Of a DNA stretch of 64,000 bases, positions 1-10,488 are shown in pieces. Below the pieces are notes generated by a model. That model saw only the letters and a program-made list of their open reading frames with translations, had not been told where the DNA came from and made no database searches. The stretch is taken from contig CANGXP010000003.1 of NCBI GenBank assembly GCA_947457935.1, positions 29,256-93,255 of the forward strand. Reading direction: 5' to 3'. Position numbers and translations under genes: made by a program. The stretch comes from Alphaproteobacteria bacterium (GTDB lineage Bacteria; Pseudomonadota; Alphaproteobacteria; JAJTHO01; CANGXP01). Each line of letters opens with the position of its first letter. Position 1 is the first letter of the stretch.

Positions 1-461
1 TCGGCATCATCAGTTAAATATCCTGCTGGTATGCAGTTTTCAATAATAGAACGGATGGCAGTATCATTTTGAAAATCAGAAAAACTAATGTCTTTCATTG
101 ATTTTGCCACAGAGGATAATATCTCAGCGGTAGTAGTTTTATTTTTTCCTTCTAGCAAACCGTAGGAGCGTTCTTTTAATCCAGTTCTCTCAATGAGAGG
201 AAGATTTTTTAGCCCTAAAATTTCAAGTGTAATTTGTGCCGTTCTTTGTGCACGTACAAGATCAGATGTAAAAACAGTGTCAATCTGCAAGTTATTATCT
301 TGTAAATATGCGTTCAAGTTATTCGCGCCAATTTTGGCTTCTAACTCGCCTTGCTCTGTCAAATAAACATCGAGAAAACCAGAGTAAAAATTCTGTTCAT
401 TGCCAACACTTTGACCGTGACGCACAATAATAAGCCGTCCAACAATATTCTCTTTTTCCAT
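1..461 (-). CDS. histidine phosphatase / phosphoglycerate mutase family protein (5' partial, runs off window start)
   Basis: Minus-strand translation begins MEKENIVGRLIIVRHGQSVGNEQN..., carrying the RHG catalytic motif of the histidine phosphatase superfamily. ATG at 459-461. Not in the ORF track because it is truncated by the window edge. Confidence 0.55.
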   Translation of the reverse strand, partial: MEKENIVGRLIIVRHGQSVGNEQNFYSGFLDVYLTEQGELEAKIGANNLNAYLQDNNLQIDTVFTSDLVRAQRTAQITLEILGLKNLPLIERTGLKERSYGLLEGKNKTTTAEILSSVAKSMKDISFSDFQNDTAIRSIIENCIPAGYLTDDA

Positions 462-528
462 AAAATCCTCAATAATGTTCTACTATAAAGTTTATATAAT
501 ATGATTGTATATAAATAGAAAGATATTT

Positions 529-2139
529 TTAATGCCTAAAATGCCGCACCCCTGTAAACACCATCGCGGCACCGTGTGCATCTGCCGCTGCAATTACCTC
601 AGCATCGCGGATGCTGCCCCCCGGTTGGATAACAGCGGTTACGCCTGCTGCCATCGCGGTAAGTAGTCCATCTGCAAACGGGAAGAACGCATCACTCGCC
701 ACCACTGCCCCTTTGATGGGAGAGACATCCACACCCGCGTTGTGGGCAATGTCTTGCGCCTTTTGCACGGCAATACGAGCGGCATCAACACGGCTCATTT
801 GCCCTGCACCAATGCCAACAGTTGCATGGCTTTTAGCATAGACAATCGCATTGGATTTCACATATTTTGCCACCTGAAAGGCGAACAGCAAATCTTCCAT
901 TTCGCGGCTGTCAGGCTGGCGTTTTGTCACCACTTTAAGGTCTGCCTCATTAAACAATAAGGCATCACGGGTTTGCAGTAAAAAGCCCCCCGCAACAGGC
1001 TTCATAATCAAACTTTTTTGTGTGGCATCGGGCATACCGTTTGTCACCAAAACACGCACATTTTTCTTGGCACTGAGAATGATTTGCGCTTCATAAGAAA
1101 CGCTCGGTGCAATAATAACCTCGAGGAAAATTTGGCTCAGTTCGTTGGCAAGATTTTTATCTAACTCCCGATTCACCGCCACAATCCCGCCGAAGGCACT
1201 GGTGGGGTCACACGCTAAGGCTTTGCGATAGGCATCCGTGAGATTTTTTGCAACCGCCACGCCACACGGGTTAGCGTGCTTGACAATCACCACAGCAGGG
1301 TCGCTAAATTCTGCGACTAATTCAAATGCTGCATCCGTATCATTGATATTATTATAGCTCAATTCTTTGCCCTGCAACTGGGTGGCATTCACCACGCCAA
1401 ACGCCTTGCTGTCTGTGCGGTATAGAGCCGCCTCTTGATGCGGGTTTTCGCCATAACGCAAACTCTCTGTGCGCGTGCCTGCCGCAAAATAGGTTTTTGG
1501 CAGGGTGTCATTCAGGCGTTTGGCGAAGGCATCGGCAATCATTGCATCATACTGTGCGGTGTGTTGGAAGGCTTCTTGAGCAAGACGTTTGCGGAGGAAG
1601 AAATCCGTTCCGCCGCCGTGTTGCGCAAGTGCGTCTAACACGTCTTGATATTGGGTGGGCGAGGTTACCACCGTTACATCGTTATAATTTTTGGCGGCAG
1701 CGCGAATCATCGCGGGCCCCCCAACATCAATCTGCTCCACGCAAGCAGGCCAGCTTTGCCCCGATTGATACGTTGCCGCAAACGGATAGAGATTCACCAC
1801 AACCAAATCAATCATGCTGATTTTGTGTTTTTCAAGGGCTTGCTGATGCAGTGCATCGCCACGTTTAGCAAGAATACCTGCATGAATAGCAGGGTGCAGC
1901 GTTTTAACGCGCCCATCAAGAATTTCAGGAAAACGGGTTGTCTCTGCCACCTCTGTAACATCAACACCTGCTTGTTGCAGTGATTTTGCCGTGCCGCCTG
2001 TGGAAACAATTTCAATGCCTAACGCACGAAGGGCGGTTGCAAATTCAAGCAAACCGTCTTTGTCAGAGACAGATAGCAACGCCCGTTTGATGGGGTGCGG
2101 GGCTGCATGTCTCAGGTTTACGCTTTCTGTAATACCCAT
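529..2139 (-). CDS. purH: bifunctional AICAR transformylase / IMP cyclohydrolase
   Basis: 536 aa. MGS-like N-terminal domain ([14 protein letters not shown]) and AICARFT domain. Full-length similarity to PurH. Confidence 0.95.
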   Translation of the reverse strand: MGITESVNLRHAAPHPIKRALLSVSDKDGLLEFATALRALGIEIVSTGGTAKSLQQAGVDVTEVAETTRFPEILDGRVKTLHPAIHAGILAKRGDALHQQALEKHKISMIDLVVVNLYPFAATYQSGQSWPACVEQIDVGGPAMIRAAAKNYNDVTVVTSPTQYQDVLDALAQHGGGTDFFLRKRLAQEAFQHTAQYDAMIADAFAKRLNDTLPKTYFAAGTRTESLRYGENPHQEAALYRTDSKAFGVVNATQLQGKELSYNNINDTDAAFELVAEFSDPAVVIVKHANPCGVAVAKNLTDAYRKALACDPTSAFGGIVAVNRELDKNLANELSQIFLEVIIAPSVSYEAQIILSAKKNVRVLVTNGMPDATQKSLIMKPVAGGFLLQTRDALLFNEADLKVVTKRQPDSREMEDLLFAFQVAKYVKSNAIVYAKSHATVGIGAGQMSRVDAARIAVQKAQDIAHNAGVDVSPIKGAVVASDAFFPFADGLLTAMAAGVTAVIQPGGSIRDAEVIAAADAHGAAMVFTGVRHFRH

Positions 2140-3782
2140 TTGAATACCGTTTTCACTTCACTGGTTTTGCCCTGCACAACAATTTGTTTTGTGTCAAGAC
2201 GTGCGCCACTGTGGCAGAAATACACACTTTCTGCAAGTGTTATTGTCCCTGAAAACGCTTGGAATGTCCATAAATCGCGGCTGGGTAAGTCAAGGTACAC
2301 CTTGTTTTTCCCTTGTTCATACACTGCGCGAATGTGTGGGTGAAGGTGAAAACGCAAGGTTATTTCTTGGTGTCCCTGTCCTTCGAGGATATCTTCCCCT
2401 GTGATATGCTCGCCGTTATCAGTCATCATAATTTTGCGGGTGTGCACAATGCCAAAACGCCGCGCATAGCCATCATGCGTGACTTCTAAATGGGCGTTGG
2501 GCGCAAGGGCATCACGGTTGATAGTGACGTTAGGTGAAGACCCTGTGCCTGTGTTGTTTAACGTTAATCCTGAATGGGCAGCAGATTGTTGCAGGGCTTG
2601 TTGCCAAGTTGCATTCAGCAGGGGGGATACGCCGCAACTGGTAATAATTTTCTCTTTGCCCACCGTCATTTCAAAGGCAAGCGTGCTTTCACACAAGGGT
2701 AGACTTGCATAGTGTTGGGTGGCGGCAGTATCCAACAGCACGGTGGTGATGCCTGCCTGCATTTTTTGTAGCCCTAGTGCTTGCCGCCGCCCTTGGATAT
2801 ACGCCTTGCTGTCGGCAATGCTGAGGAGGGTATCAAGCAATTCGCGTCGCTCAAAGCCACTGCCATGAAACTGTGGCATCATCCCATTACCAAGGCGAAT
2901 AAAGCGGAGCACATCCACCATTTTTTCGATGGTTTGTTGTAAGAACAGTGGCACACCGATGCCTTGCCCATGACACAGAGCGCGAATGTCTAATACATCC
3001 CGCAACACGCGGATATGCAAGGCGGGTACGTTGCTTTTGTGGCTGCCATCATCGGCTATTTGGGTGGTGATGAGTTCTTCCAATAAAGGCAAACTGGCAA
3101 CAAAGCCGCCGCGAAAATCTTCTAAACAGGCATAGCCATAGAGAATGCCTTTCAGCACAACAAAACGGCGTTCATCATCAGGTAAAGCGGCGTATTGATG
3201 CCGCAATATATGCAAGTGAACGGTGAGGGCGCGTTCCAGTAATAAGCGCACGGTTCTGTCACTGCTTGCGCCAAAAAAACTATAGTGCGAAAACCATTGC
3301 ACCATCCGCATCGCGGTGATGTCTGCTGCCCATGCGGGGTGGTTTAAATCTTTGTGGGTTTTAATCCATGAAACAACCAGATTCCGCGCCTTAGCCCGTG
3401 CCTGATTCCCGCCCAATGTGTGCAAGTCACGCAACCACGCAAAGCGATGCACCCCCACAGGAAGTGGGGTTTCGCGGGGCACTTGCCACGGATTATCTGA
3501 AAAAGACCATTCCTCATTGCTCACCCGCAACGTGCCCTCAACCAATTTCTGCCCGATGGTTAGAGAACCTGCCCACGGATCAAGCGGGAAAATGGCGACC
3601 TTGCTGCTTTTGCGGGTGCGCAGCCAGAGAGAATACAAAGCGGTATGGCGATAGCGTTGTGCTCTAAGTGCCATGGCGCGAGGCAGCACAAGAAGAGGGA
3701 GTTTTGCTGTTATCACGCTTTGGGATACGGGCGCAATAACCGTGGTATCATCATCCTCTGAGGGCTTTAATATTGGCTGCAT
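2118..3782 (-). CDS. heparinase II/III-like family protein
   Basis: Long ORF lying between rpe and purH, the conserved rsmB-rpe-heparinaseII/III-like-purH arrangement of alphaproteobacteria. Start placed at the internal MQPILK Met (3782), which has a GGGGAGAGG Shine-Dalgarno; the longer ORF to 3938 overlaps rpe. Confidence 0.5.
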   Translation of the reverse strand: MQPILKPSEDDDTTVIAPVSQSVITAKLPLLVLPRAMALRAQRYRHTALYSLWLRTRKSSKVAIFPLDPWAGSLTIGQKLVEGTLRVSNEEWSFSDNPWQVPRETPLPVGVHRFAWLRDLHTLGGNQARAKARNLVVSWIKTHKDLNHPAWAADITAMRMVQWFSHYSFFGASSDRTVRLLLERALTVHLHILRHQYAALPDDERRFVVLKGILYGYACLEDFRGGFVASLPLLEELITTQIADDGSHKSNVPALHIRVLRDVLDIRALCHGQGIGVPLFLQQTIEKMVDVLRFIRLGNGMMPQFHGSGFERRELLDTLLSIADSKAYIQGRRQALGLQKMQAGITTVLLDTAATQHYASLPLCESTLAFEMTVGKEKIITSCGVSPLLNATWQQALQQSAAHSGLTLNNTGTGSSPNVTINRDALAPNAHLEVTHDGYARRFGIVHTRKIMMTDNGEHITGEDILEGQGHQEITLRFHLHPHIRAVYEQGKNKVYLDLPSRDLWTFQAFSGTITLAESVYFCHSGARLDTKQIVVQGKTSEVKTVFKWVLQKA

Positions 3783-4407
3783 AGTGCGCCTCTCCCCCTG
3801 TGAAAGTTGCTGTTCCCGCAACGAGCACCGTTGCGCCTGCGTTAATAACATCCGCCGCATTATGCCGTGTAATGCCGCCGTCCACTTGTAAATCGGGCGA
3901 TAATCCTCGTTTGTCAAGGGCGGCGCGAATCGCGGCAATTTTCTCTAGTTGTGAGGGGATAAACGATTGTCCGCCAAATCCGGGATTAACGGACATCACC
4001 AGAATTAAGTCAACCTCTGCCCAAAGGTATTCTAACACGCTTATCGGCGTTGCGGGGTTTAGCGAAATACCTGCTTTTTTGCCAAACGATTTGATGAGTT
4101 GCAGGGTGCGGTGAACATGCGGTGTGGCTTCCGCATGAACGGTGATAATATCCGCGCCAGCATCCGCAAAATCTTTGATAAATCCGTCAACAGGCTGAAT
4201 CATCAAGTGCACATCAAGCGGTAATGTTGTGTGCGGACGTAAGGCTTTCACAACGGTTGCGCCGATGGTAATGTTCGGGACAAAATGCCCATCCATCACA
4301 TCAACGTGAATATAATCTGCGCCCGCTGCCTCAAGGGCGCGGATTTCCTCGCCCAGACGGGCAAAATCAGCAGAGAGAATCGACGGGGCAATTTTGATTG
4401 TTGTCAT
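3751..4407 (-). CDS. rpe: ribulose-phosphate 3-epimerase
   Basis: 218 aa. [21 protein letters not shown]...[14 protein letters not shown] is the canonical Rpe TIM-barrel signature. Confidence 0.93.
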   Translation of the reverse strand: MTTIKIAPSILSADFARLGEEIRALEAAGADYIHVDVMDGHFVPNITIGATVVKALRPHTTLPLDVHLMIQPVDGFIKDFADAGADIITVHAEATPHVHRTLQLIKSFGKKAGISLNPATPISVLEYLWAEVDLILVMSVNPGFGGQSFIPSQLEKIAAIRAALDKRGLSPDLQVDGGITRHNAADVINAGATVLVAGTATFTGGEAHYAANIKALRG

Positions 4408-4434
4408 GGTTTGTCGTATGTGATTGCTCTGTGT

Positions 4435-4505
4435 GTCATCCCCTCGAAAGAGGGAATCCAGAATTACTTAGGAAGACTGGATTCCCGCCTGCGCGGGAAT
4501 GACAC
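4435..4505. repeat. MITE-like dispersed repeat, copy A (TIR GTCATCCCC...GGGAATGAC; internal ATTCCC-N-GGGAAT palindromes)
   Basis: Intergenic between rpe and rsmB. Stacked hairpins GGGAATCCAG..CTGGATTCCC and ATTCCCGCctgcGCGGGAAT. Related copies at 39458-39528 and 42701-42793. Confidence 0.7.
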
Positions 4506-4538
4506 GTCGTTAAGTGTTGTTGATATGGTTAAAAGTGC

Positions 4539-5861
4539 TTAGCTTCTTCTCACCAACCGAGCCGCATAGAACCCATCCATACCGCCCTTATTGGGAAGAT
4601 AGCACGGTAATGTTCTCAGGTCACCTGTAGAATTTAAAAATGCGCTGTAGGGTGCTTCTTCGTTGGGTTCTGGGGCAATGCGTGCAAAATTGGTATTCAT
4701 GGAGAGAAAATGCTCCACCACATCTTCCCCTTCTTCGGGCAAAAGAGAGCACGTTGCATAGACAAGGATACCACCCACTTTAAGGAAAGTTGCGGCTTTT
4801 GCTATCATGGTTTTTTGTAAGTCTTGCAAAACGGGAATATCAGCTGATTGCTTGTGCCATGCCACATCAGGGTGACGGCGCAACGTACCCGTTGCACTGC
4901 ACGGCGCATCGAGCAACACCGCATCCACCAGCGCATCAGGCTGCCAATTCAGCATATCAACCCATTTCACCGTAATTTTTGAAAATACACCCATGCGCCG
5001 CGCATTTTCCATCAGGCGTTTTGCGCGAGGTTCGCTCGATTCAACGGCGATGACAGTTGCGCCTGCTTTGGCAAGCTGGACGCTTTTCCCCCCCGGTGCG
5101 GCGCATAAATCAATAACCGTTTTTCCTGTTAAATCCGTGCCGAATAACAGGGTGGGGAGGGATGCCGCCACATCTTGCACTTGCCATGCACCCTCTGAGA
5201 AGCCCGGCAGAACATCTATTTTATCCGCGCTTTGTAAGCGGAGGGTGCGTTCGTTAAGAATGTCGCCCGCTAAGCGACGTGCCCAGTCCTCCTGTACGCC
5301 AAAACAAGTGAGGTCAAGCGGCGGGATTGCAAGCTGTGCGGCAACGATTTTATCCGTTGTCTCGATACCATACGCCTGTTGCAGCTTGGTGAGTAGCCAT
5401 GCAGGCAGCAGATTTTCTGGCGTTGTATAGCGCTGTTGGATGCTTTCCGCATCTGCCAGAATTTTCCGCATGATGGCATTACCCAACCCTGCCAGCCCCA
5501 CAAAGCGTTTTTTCTTGAGCAGTTCAACTGTGTTTGAAGCAACAGCATAATCAGGGGTTTTAAGGAAAATCCCTTCTGCAATCCCCAAAAGTAAAATAAA
5601 ATGCGCCACTTCGGTTTTTTTCGGCAAGGGTTTCTGGAGGTGGGCGGAAAGAATGGCATTCAGTGCCCCATAATAGCGCACTGTTGTCGTGACCAACATC
5701 CGCACAAACGCACGATTATCAGGGGATAAGCGTTGAAACTCGCGTATTTCTAGGGCTTCTTGTAAAGGGGTACGCTCCGTAAAAAGACGCAATAATATTG
5801 CTAGTGCAACTTGGCGCGGCACAAGAGTAACAGCAGGTTTTTTAGGCGTGGTTTTTTGCAT
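4539..5861 (-). CDS. rsmB: 16S rRNA (cytosine967-C5)-methyltransferase
   Basis: 440 aa. NusB-like N-terminal region and Nol1/Nop2/Sun methyltransferase core (DLCAAPGGKS, PCSATG). Confidence 0.85.
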   Translation of the reverse strand: MQKTTPKKPAVTLVPRQVALAILLRLFTERTPLQEALEIREFQRLSPDNRAFVRMLVTTTVRYYGALNAILSAHLQKPLPKKTEVAHFILLLGIAEGIFLKTPDYAVASNTVELLKKKRFVGLAGLGNAIMRKILADAESIQQRYTTPENLLPAWLLTKLQQAYGIETTDKIVAAQLAIPPLDLTCFGVQEDWARRLAGDILNERTLRLQSADKIDVLPGFSEGAWQVQDVAASLPTLLFGTDLTGKTVIDLCAAPGGKSVQLAKAGATVIAVESSEPRAKRLMENARRMGVFSKITVKWVDMLNWQPDALVDAVLLDAPCSATGTLRRHPDVAWHKQSADIPVLQDLQKTMIAKAATFLKVGGILVYATCSLLPEEGEDVVEHFLSMNTNFARIAPEPNEEAPYSAFLNSTGDLRTLPCYLPNKGGMDGFYAARLVRRS

Positions 5862-5912
5862 TTGTTCGGACTATATATTAAAAATAAAGTCTTTTACACG
5901 AAAGTACGCGAT

Positions 5913-6089
5913 ATGACCACGGAAAAAGCAAAGAATACCGAGAAAGAGCAGGAGGCACCCTTGATTGCACTGCCGTCTGATGATGAGGGGGAGTCTGATG
6001 CACCAAAAGAATATGGCGGGCGTAAAAAAGGTTTAGACGCAACGCGCTATGGCGATTGGGAGAAGGATGGTCGGGCGATTGATTTTTAG
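5913..6089 (+). CDS. DUF1674 (SDHAF4-like) small protein
   Basis: C-terminal YGGRKKGLDATRYGDWEKDGRAIDF matches the DUF1674 signature. Start placed at MTTEKAK (5913); the longer ORF from 5811 has a basic, low-complexity extension judged spurious. Confidence 0.55.
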   Translation: MTTEKAKNTEKEQEAPLIALPSDDEGESDAPKEYGGRKKGLDATRYGDWEKDGRAIDF

Positions 6090-6143
6090 ATTGACGATAG
6101 CACGTTGAATCGCCAAAATAATCTCCTTATCAAAAGGTATTTT

Positions 6144-6755
6144 ATGCAAAAATTTACGACTTTACAGGGCATTGTTGCGCCCTTGCCGATGATGAATGTC
6201 GACACCGACATGATTATTCCGAAGCAATTTCTGAAAACCATTAAGCGTACAGGGCTTGGCGCGAATCTGTTCCACGAAATGCGCTTTGATTATAACGGCG
6301 CACCGATTGCGGATTTTGTGTTGAACAAACCAGCCTATACCAAAGCAGAAATTCTGGTCAGCGGCGCGAATTTTGGTTGTGGTTCCAGCCGCGAACATGC
6401 ACCGTGGGCGTTGCTGGATTATGGGATTCGCTGTGTCATCGCGTCCAGCTTTGCTGATATTTTTTATAACAACTGTTTCAAGAATGGGATTCTCCCCATC
6501 GTACTGGATGCAGCGATTGTTGATACGCTTGCTGTTCAAGCCGCAACGGAGGGCACAACTTTCACGATTGATTTGCCTGCCCAAACAATCACCGATGCTT
6601 TAGGCAAAACCATTCCCTTTACCGTGGATGCCTTCCGTAAAAAATGTCTGCTAGAGGGCTTAGATGATATTGGTTTGACGCTGCAAAACGAGGAAAAAAT
6701 CACCGCGTTTGAACAGCAGAGTAAGCAGCAAAAGCCTTGGTTGTGGGCGGCTTAG
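6144..6755 (+). CDS. leuD: 3-isopropylmalate dehydratase small subunit
   Basis: [31 protein letters not shown] plus aconitase swivel-domain motifs. Start at MQKF (6144). Confidence 0.9.
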   Translation: MQKFTTLQGIVAPLPMMNVDTDMIIPKQFLKTIKRTGLGANLFHEMRFDYNGAPIADFVLNKPAYTKAEILVSGANFGCGSSREHAPWALLDYGIRCVIASSFADIFYNNCFKNGILPIVLDAAIVDTLAVQAATEGTTFTIDLPAQTITDALGKTIPFTVDAFRKKCLLEGLDDIGLTLQNEEKITAFEQQSKQQKPWLWAA

Positions 6756-6800
6756 GTTCATAATCACTTGACTTATTGTTATCTATAGTTTACATTTTTT

Positions 6801-7124
6801 ATGGATGTTAAGATTTTTCGTACTGTTCAAGGGCAAGAGCCTTTTACAGATTGGCTGTTATCGCTTCGGAATAAAATAGAGCAGGCACGCATTAGGCAAC
6901 GACTTGATAGAGTAAGTGCGGGCAATTTGGGTGATTATAAGACCGTAGGGGATGGTGTGTTTGAGCTAAGATTCTTGTTTGGGGCAGGCTATCGCGTTTA
7001 TTTCGGATTTGTTGAAGGCAGGGTTATTCTGTTGTTGGGTGGGGGAGATAAAGCAACCCAAAATCGCGACATTGAAAAAGCAAAAGCACATTGGCAGGAA
7101 TATCAACATGGACAATTTTCGTGA
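6801..7124 (+). CDS. type II toxin, RelE/ParE superfamily (HigB-like addiction module killer protein)
   Basis: 107 aa. Resembles the putative addiction-module killer family (FRTVQGQEPFTDWL...GDYK.VGDGVFELR...GYRVYFG). Its end overlaps the start of the downstream antitoxin by 17 bp. Confidence 0.75.
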   Translation: MDVKIFRTVQGQEPFTDWLLSLRNKIEQARIRQRLDRVSAGNLGDYKTVGDGVFELRFLFGAGYRVYFGFVEGRVILLLGGGDKATQNRDIEKAKAHWQEYQHGQFS

Positions 7125-7425
7125 TTTTAGAGCGTTAAATCTTTCTTTGCTGCGTGAGCCAGAAGATGCGAACGTGTATCTTCAGGTTGCGCTTGAGGAG
7201 TATGAAAATACAGGGGATACAGATGCTTTATTAAGTGTTCTGCGTGATGTAACGGAAGCGCAAGGTGGTATGACGCAAATGGCACAGAAAATCAATCGGA
7301 GTCGTCAAAGTCTTTACAAGGCTCTTTCGCCAAAAGGAAATCCACGACTTGACACCTTTTTGTTGCTGTTGCATGCTTTGGGGCTTCGTTTGGCAATTGA
7401 ACCACAACGAGCCACTTTGAAATAA
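7108..7425 (+). CDS. HigA-like antitoxin (addiction module antidote protein, HTH)
   Basis: Starts MDNFRDFRALNLSLLREPEDANVYLQVALEEYENTGD, then MTQMAQKINRSRQSLYKALS, which is an HTH. This is the typical partner of the killer protein above. Confidence 0.7.
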   Translation: MDNFRDFRALNLSLLREPEDANVYLQVALEEYENTGDTDALLSVLRDVTEAQGGMTQMAQKINRSRQSLYKALSPKGNPRLDTFLLLLHALGLRLAIEPQRATLK

Positions 7426-7440
7426 CCACGGACAAAAAAC

Positions 7441-8559
7441 ATGACAACACACTCCCTCCTCCTCCTCGCTGGCGATGGCATCGGCATTGAAACAATGCGG
7501 GAAACACGCCGCATTATTGACTGGTTTCAGCAGAAACGCGACTTGAAATTCAACATAGAAGAGGGGCTGGTGGGTGGCTCTTCCTATGATGCTCATGGCA
7601 CGCCGTTGACGGATGAAACATTGGCGCAAGCACAACAAAGTGGGGCGGTGTTATTTGGTGCTGTCGGTGGCGTAAAATGGGATGACTTGCCGTTTCATCT
7701 AAAGCCAGAGCAGGGCTTGTTGCGGCTTAGAAAAGAAATGCAGTTGTTTGCAAATTTGCGTCCCGCAACGGTGTTTGATGCGCTGGTGGATGCGTCCTCT
7801 TTGAAGCCGCATTTGGTGCGGGGCTTGGATATTCTGATTGTGCGCGAATTAACAGGCGGTGTGTATTTTGGGCAGCCTCGTGGCATTGAAATGCTTCCCG
7901 ATGGGCAGCAGCGTGGTGTGAATACCCAAGTATACACCACCAATGAAATTGTGCGAGTCGCGCGTGCGGCGTTTGACCTTGCGAAAAAACGGGGTAACAA
8001 AGTGTGCTCGGTGGAAAAATCGAACGTGATGGAAAGTGGCGCGTTATGGCGCAAGGTGGTGCAAGCGGTGCACGATGCGGAATACCCTGAGGTCGAACTC
8101 TCGCATATGTATGCCGATAATTGCGCGATGCAGTTGGTGCGTAATCCAAAGCAATTCGATGTGATTGTGACGGACAACCTGTTTGGTGATTTGCTTTCTG
8201 ATTGTGCGGCGATGCTCACAGGGTCTTTGGGCATGTTGCCATCGGCCTCCTTGGGTGCGCCTGATGAGACGGGTAAACGCAAAGCACTGTATGAGCCCGT
8301 ACATGGCAGTGCGCCTGATATTGCGGGTAAAAATGTGGCGAATCCGCTCGCAACGATTATGAGTTTTGCGATGTGCTTGCGGTATTCTTTCGGGCTGATT
8401 CCCGAAGCAGATTTGCTGGAAAAAGCGGTGAAAGATGTGCTAAGTCGCGGCTTCCGCACGGCGGATATTATGCAAGACGACATGCAAAAAGTAAGCACCA
8501 GTGAAATGGGCGATGTGTTGCTGAAAGCTTTGGAAGCCCTTGCCTTTGGTGAGTTTTAA
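7441..8559 (+). CDS. leuB: 3-isopropylmalate dehydrogenase
   Basis: 372 aa. Starts [17 protein letters not shown]; [27 protein letters not shown] is the isocitrate/isopropylmalate dehydrogenase signature. Confidence 0.95.
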   Translation: MTTHSLLLLAGDGIGIETMRETRRIIDWFQQKRDLKFNIEEGLVGGSSYDAHGTPLTDETLAQAQQSGAVLFGAVGGVKWDDLPFHLKPEQGLLRLRKEMQLFANLRPATVFDALVDASSLKPHLVRGLDILIVRELTGGVYFGQPRGIEMLPDGQQRGVNTQVYTTNEIVRVARAAFDLAKKRGNKVCSVEKSNVMESGALWRKVVQAVHDAEYPEVELSHMYADNCAMQLVRNPKQFDVIVTDNLFGDLLSDCAAMLTGSLGMLPSASLGAPDETGKRKALYEPVHGSAPDIAGKNVANPLATIMSFAMCLRYSFGLIPEADLLEKAVKDVLSRGFRTADIMQDDMQKVSTSEMGDVLLKALEALAFGEF

Positions 8560-8810
8560 TGCCAACAGAAATCGTGGGACTCGTGGGCGGCACCCTCACC
8601 ACGTTGGCGTTCTTGCCGCAGGTGATCAAGATTCTGCAAACGAAAAACACGCATAGTATCTCGCTGACCATGTATCTTATTTATATTGTGGGAGTAGCGT
8701 GTTGGCTTGTCTATGGTATCTTACAGCAAGACAATATTATTGTTGGTTTTAACATCGGCAGTTTTGTGCTAGCGTTGGTGGTCATTGGCTGCAAACTAAA
8801 GTATAAATAA
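8559..8810 (+). CDS. SemiSWEET / PQ-loop small membrane transporter
   Basis: 83 aa with 3 predicted TM helices and a PQ-loop-like motif (LPQVIKILQTK). ATG overlaps the leuB stop (TAATG), so translationally coupled. Confidence 0.55.
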   Translation: MPTEIVGLVGGTLTTLAFLPQVIKILQTKNTHSISLTMYLIYIVGVACWLVYGILQQDNIIVGFNIGSFVLALVVIGCKLKYK

Positions 8811-8814
8811 ACAG

Positions 8815-9699
8815 ATGGTGCGTAAAAAAACTGCTATGAAGAAAAGTCGAGGGGTGCAAGACCCCTATGCGCCATCGATGCGTAATTTTCTGCTTTCTGC
8901 TGTGATTTTACCCATCTTAGGATATATCGGCAGTTTATATGTTGAGACAGTTAAAACCAACATTTTGGTGGAAACAGAACGCTTGCGTTCCGCAGAAGAA
9001 GCAAAAAACCAACTGTTGGATTACACGAATATTTTTGATTCGCGGCAAGTGGATGCAGCGTTAATTGCATCGGCTATTGATTATGATGCCCCGAGAGAGC
9101 AGCTTGATACGCGCTGGAGTGATTATCAAGCCACCTACAAAAAATACAATATTGCCATTGATAAGATAAACCAATCGATGACAGAATATTTAGGCTGGCA
9201 AACCCGTGATGTGCTGAATCCGTTTATTGATGGGTATATTGGCGGTACCTTTGCTGATATAGACGCGTGCCTGACGGATAGGTATTTCAGCAAAATTACC
9301 AACCGTGCTGAGGGAAAGCAGTGTGGAAATGTTAGCAACATTCAAAAGACCATAGAGAAGCTGAATGTGTGTACGAGTGCGTTTAGTATTGAGTTGCATA
9401 GCGCAACATCGGTGCAGCAAAAATTCCTAGAGCAGAACACACAAAAAGAAAACTTTTTCTCGAGAAGTTATTTCCAATCCCTTTTCTTTGCAGAAGACAG
9501 CACGCCGCGTAAAATCAAAGACGAGACGCACACCAGTGGCTATGCGGGTGTGGGCTATTGCGCCCCACAGGATTTTGCGTGTTTTCGGTTGCTAACGCGT
9601 GATGTGATGCGGGTGAATTTGTGCAGGGCGTGTGAAGGGTTGCAGCCAAAACGAGACGGGGTTTGTGCGGGCGTTAAGCCTGCTGCAGCAACGCTTTAA
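8815..9699 (+). CDS. hypothetical protein (N-terminal TM anchor, Cys-rich C-terminus)
   Basis: 294-aa ORF with one N-terminal hydrophobic segment and 9 Cys in the last ~70 aa. No recognisable family. Its 3' end overlaps convergent rnhB by 26 bp. Confidence 0.4.
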   Translation: MVRKKTAMKKSRGVQDPYAPSMRNFLLSAVILPILGYIGSLYVETVKTNILVETERLRSAEEAKNQLLDYTNIFDSRQVDAALIASAIDYDAPREQLDTRWSDYQATYKKYNIAIDKINQSMTEYLGWQTRDVLNPFIDGYIGGTFADIDACLTDRYFSKITNRAEGKQCGNVSNIQKTIEKLNVCTSAFSIELHSATSVQQKFLEQNTQKENFFSRSYFQSLFFAEDSTPRKIKDETHTSGYAGVGYCAPQDFACFRLLTRDVMRVNLCRACEGLQPKRDGVCAGVKPAAATL

Positions 9700-10273
9700 C
9701 GGGCGCAAAACTTCGCCGATGATGTTTTGTAATACCATACTGTTTTAAAGCAGCTCGATGCTGTGCGGTGGGGTATCCCGCATTGTCTGCCCAGCCATAA
9801 TGGGGGTGCATTTCATGCAATGCCTGCATGAGTGCATCACGATACACTTTGGCAACGATGCTGGCGGCAGCAATCGAACAACTTTTATCATCACCTTTCA
9901 CAACAGTAACAGCTTTGCAAGGTAATATTGGTGCTTTGTTGCCATCAATCAGTGCTACATCAGGGCGGATTGCTAGCCCTGTTACAGCCCGTTGCATCGC
10001 CAGCAGGCTGGCTTGTAGAATATTAAGCGTATCTATTTCAAAAATACTGGCTTCGGCAATGGAGACAATCGCGGTAGCATGAAGTTCTGCTGCAATCGCA
10101 ACGCGTCTGGCGTGGCTGAGTTTTTTAGAATCGCGCACTTGTGTTGCAATAGGAAGGGTAGGGTCAAGAATCACAGCCGCCGCAACAACACAGCCTGCAA
10201 GGGGGCCTCTGCCGACTTCATCAACGCCTGCGATGATACCTGTGTGTTGTTGTTCGAGGGAGAAATCGAGCAT
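9674..10273 (-). CDS. rnhB: ribonuclease HII
   Basis: AGVDEVGRGPLAGCVVAAAV is the RNase HII active-site region. 199 aa. Confidence 0.9.
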   Translation of the reverse strand: MLDFSLEQQHTGIIAGVDEVGRGPLAGCVVAAAVILDPTLPIATQVRDSKKLSHARRVAIAAELHATAIVSIAEASIFEIDTLNILQASLLAMQRAVTGLAIRPDVALIDGNKAPILPCKAVTVVKGDDKSCSIAAASIVAKVYRDALMQALHEMHPHYGWADNAGYPTAQHRAALKQYGITKHHRRSFAPVKALLQQA

Positions 10274-10488
10274 GGCAGGATATATAGTTGCATTTTTGCC
10301 AAGAGGCTATAGTATTTCCTCATGAACGTATGATAAAACATATGCAGGCGAAGGATTTTTGAGGAATTTTTAGGCAGAAAAGCGGGAAAAAGCGGAGTGT
10401 ATTTAAGATACATGAGCATTTTGAGCGATTTTCTAACGACAAAATTACCGAAAAGACAAGCGCTGCTTATGTTCTTTAGGATTTCTGT

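Noticed and set aside
4285-4542. 85-aa ORF spanning the rpe start and the MITE copy A
   Set aside because: Overlaps rpe on the opposite strand and runs through a structured repeat. No support.
5811-5912. N-terminal extension of the DUF1674 ORF (MARHKSNSRFFRRGF...)
   Set aside because: The extension overlaps the rsmB start region and is basic and low-complexity. The conserved DUF1674 core begins at the internal Met (5913).
7695-8498. 267-aa ORF antisense to leuB (also 7727-8149)
   Set aside because: Entirely nested antisense within a well-supported leuB CDS. The composition is Ser/Pro/Arg-rich, typical of a shadow ORF.
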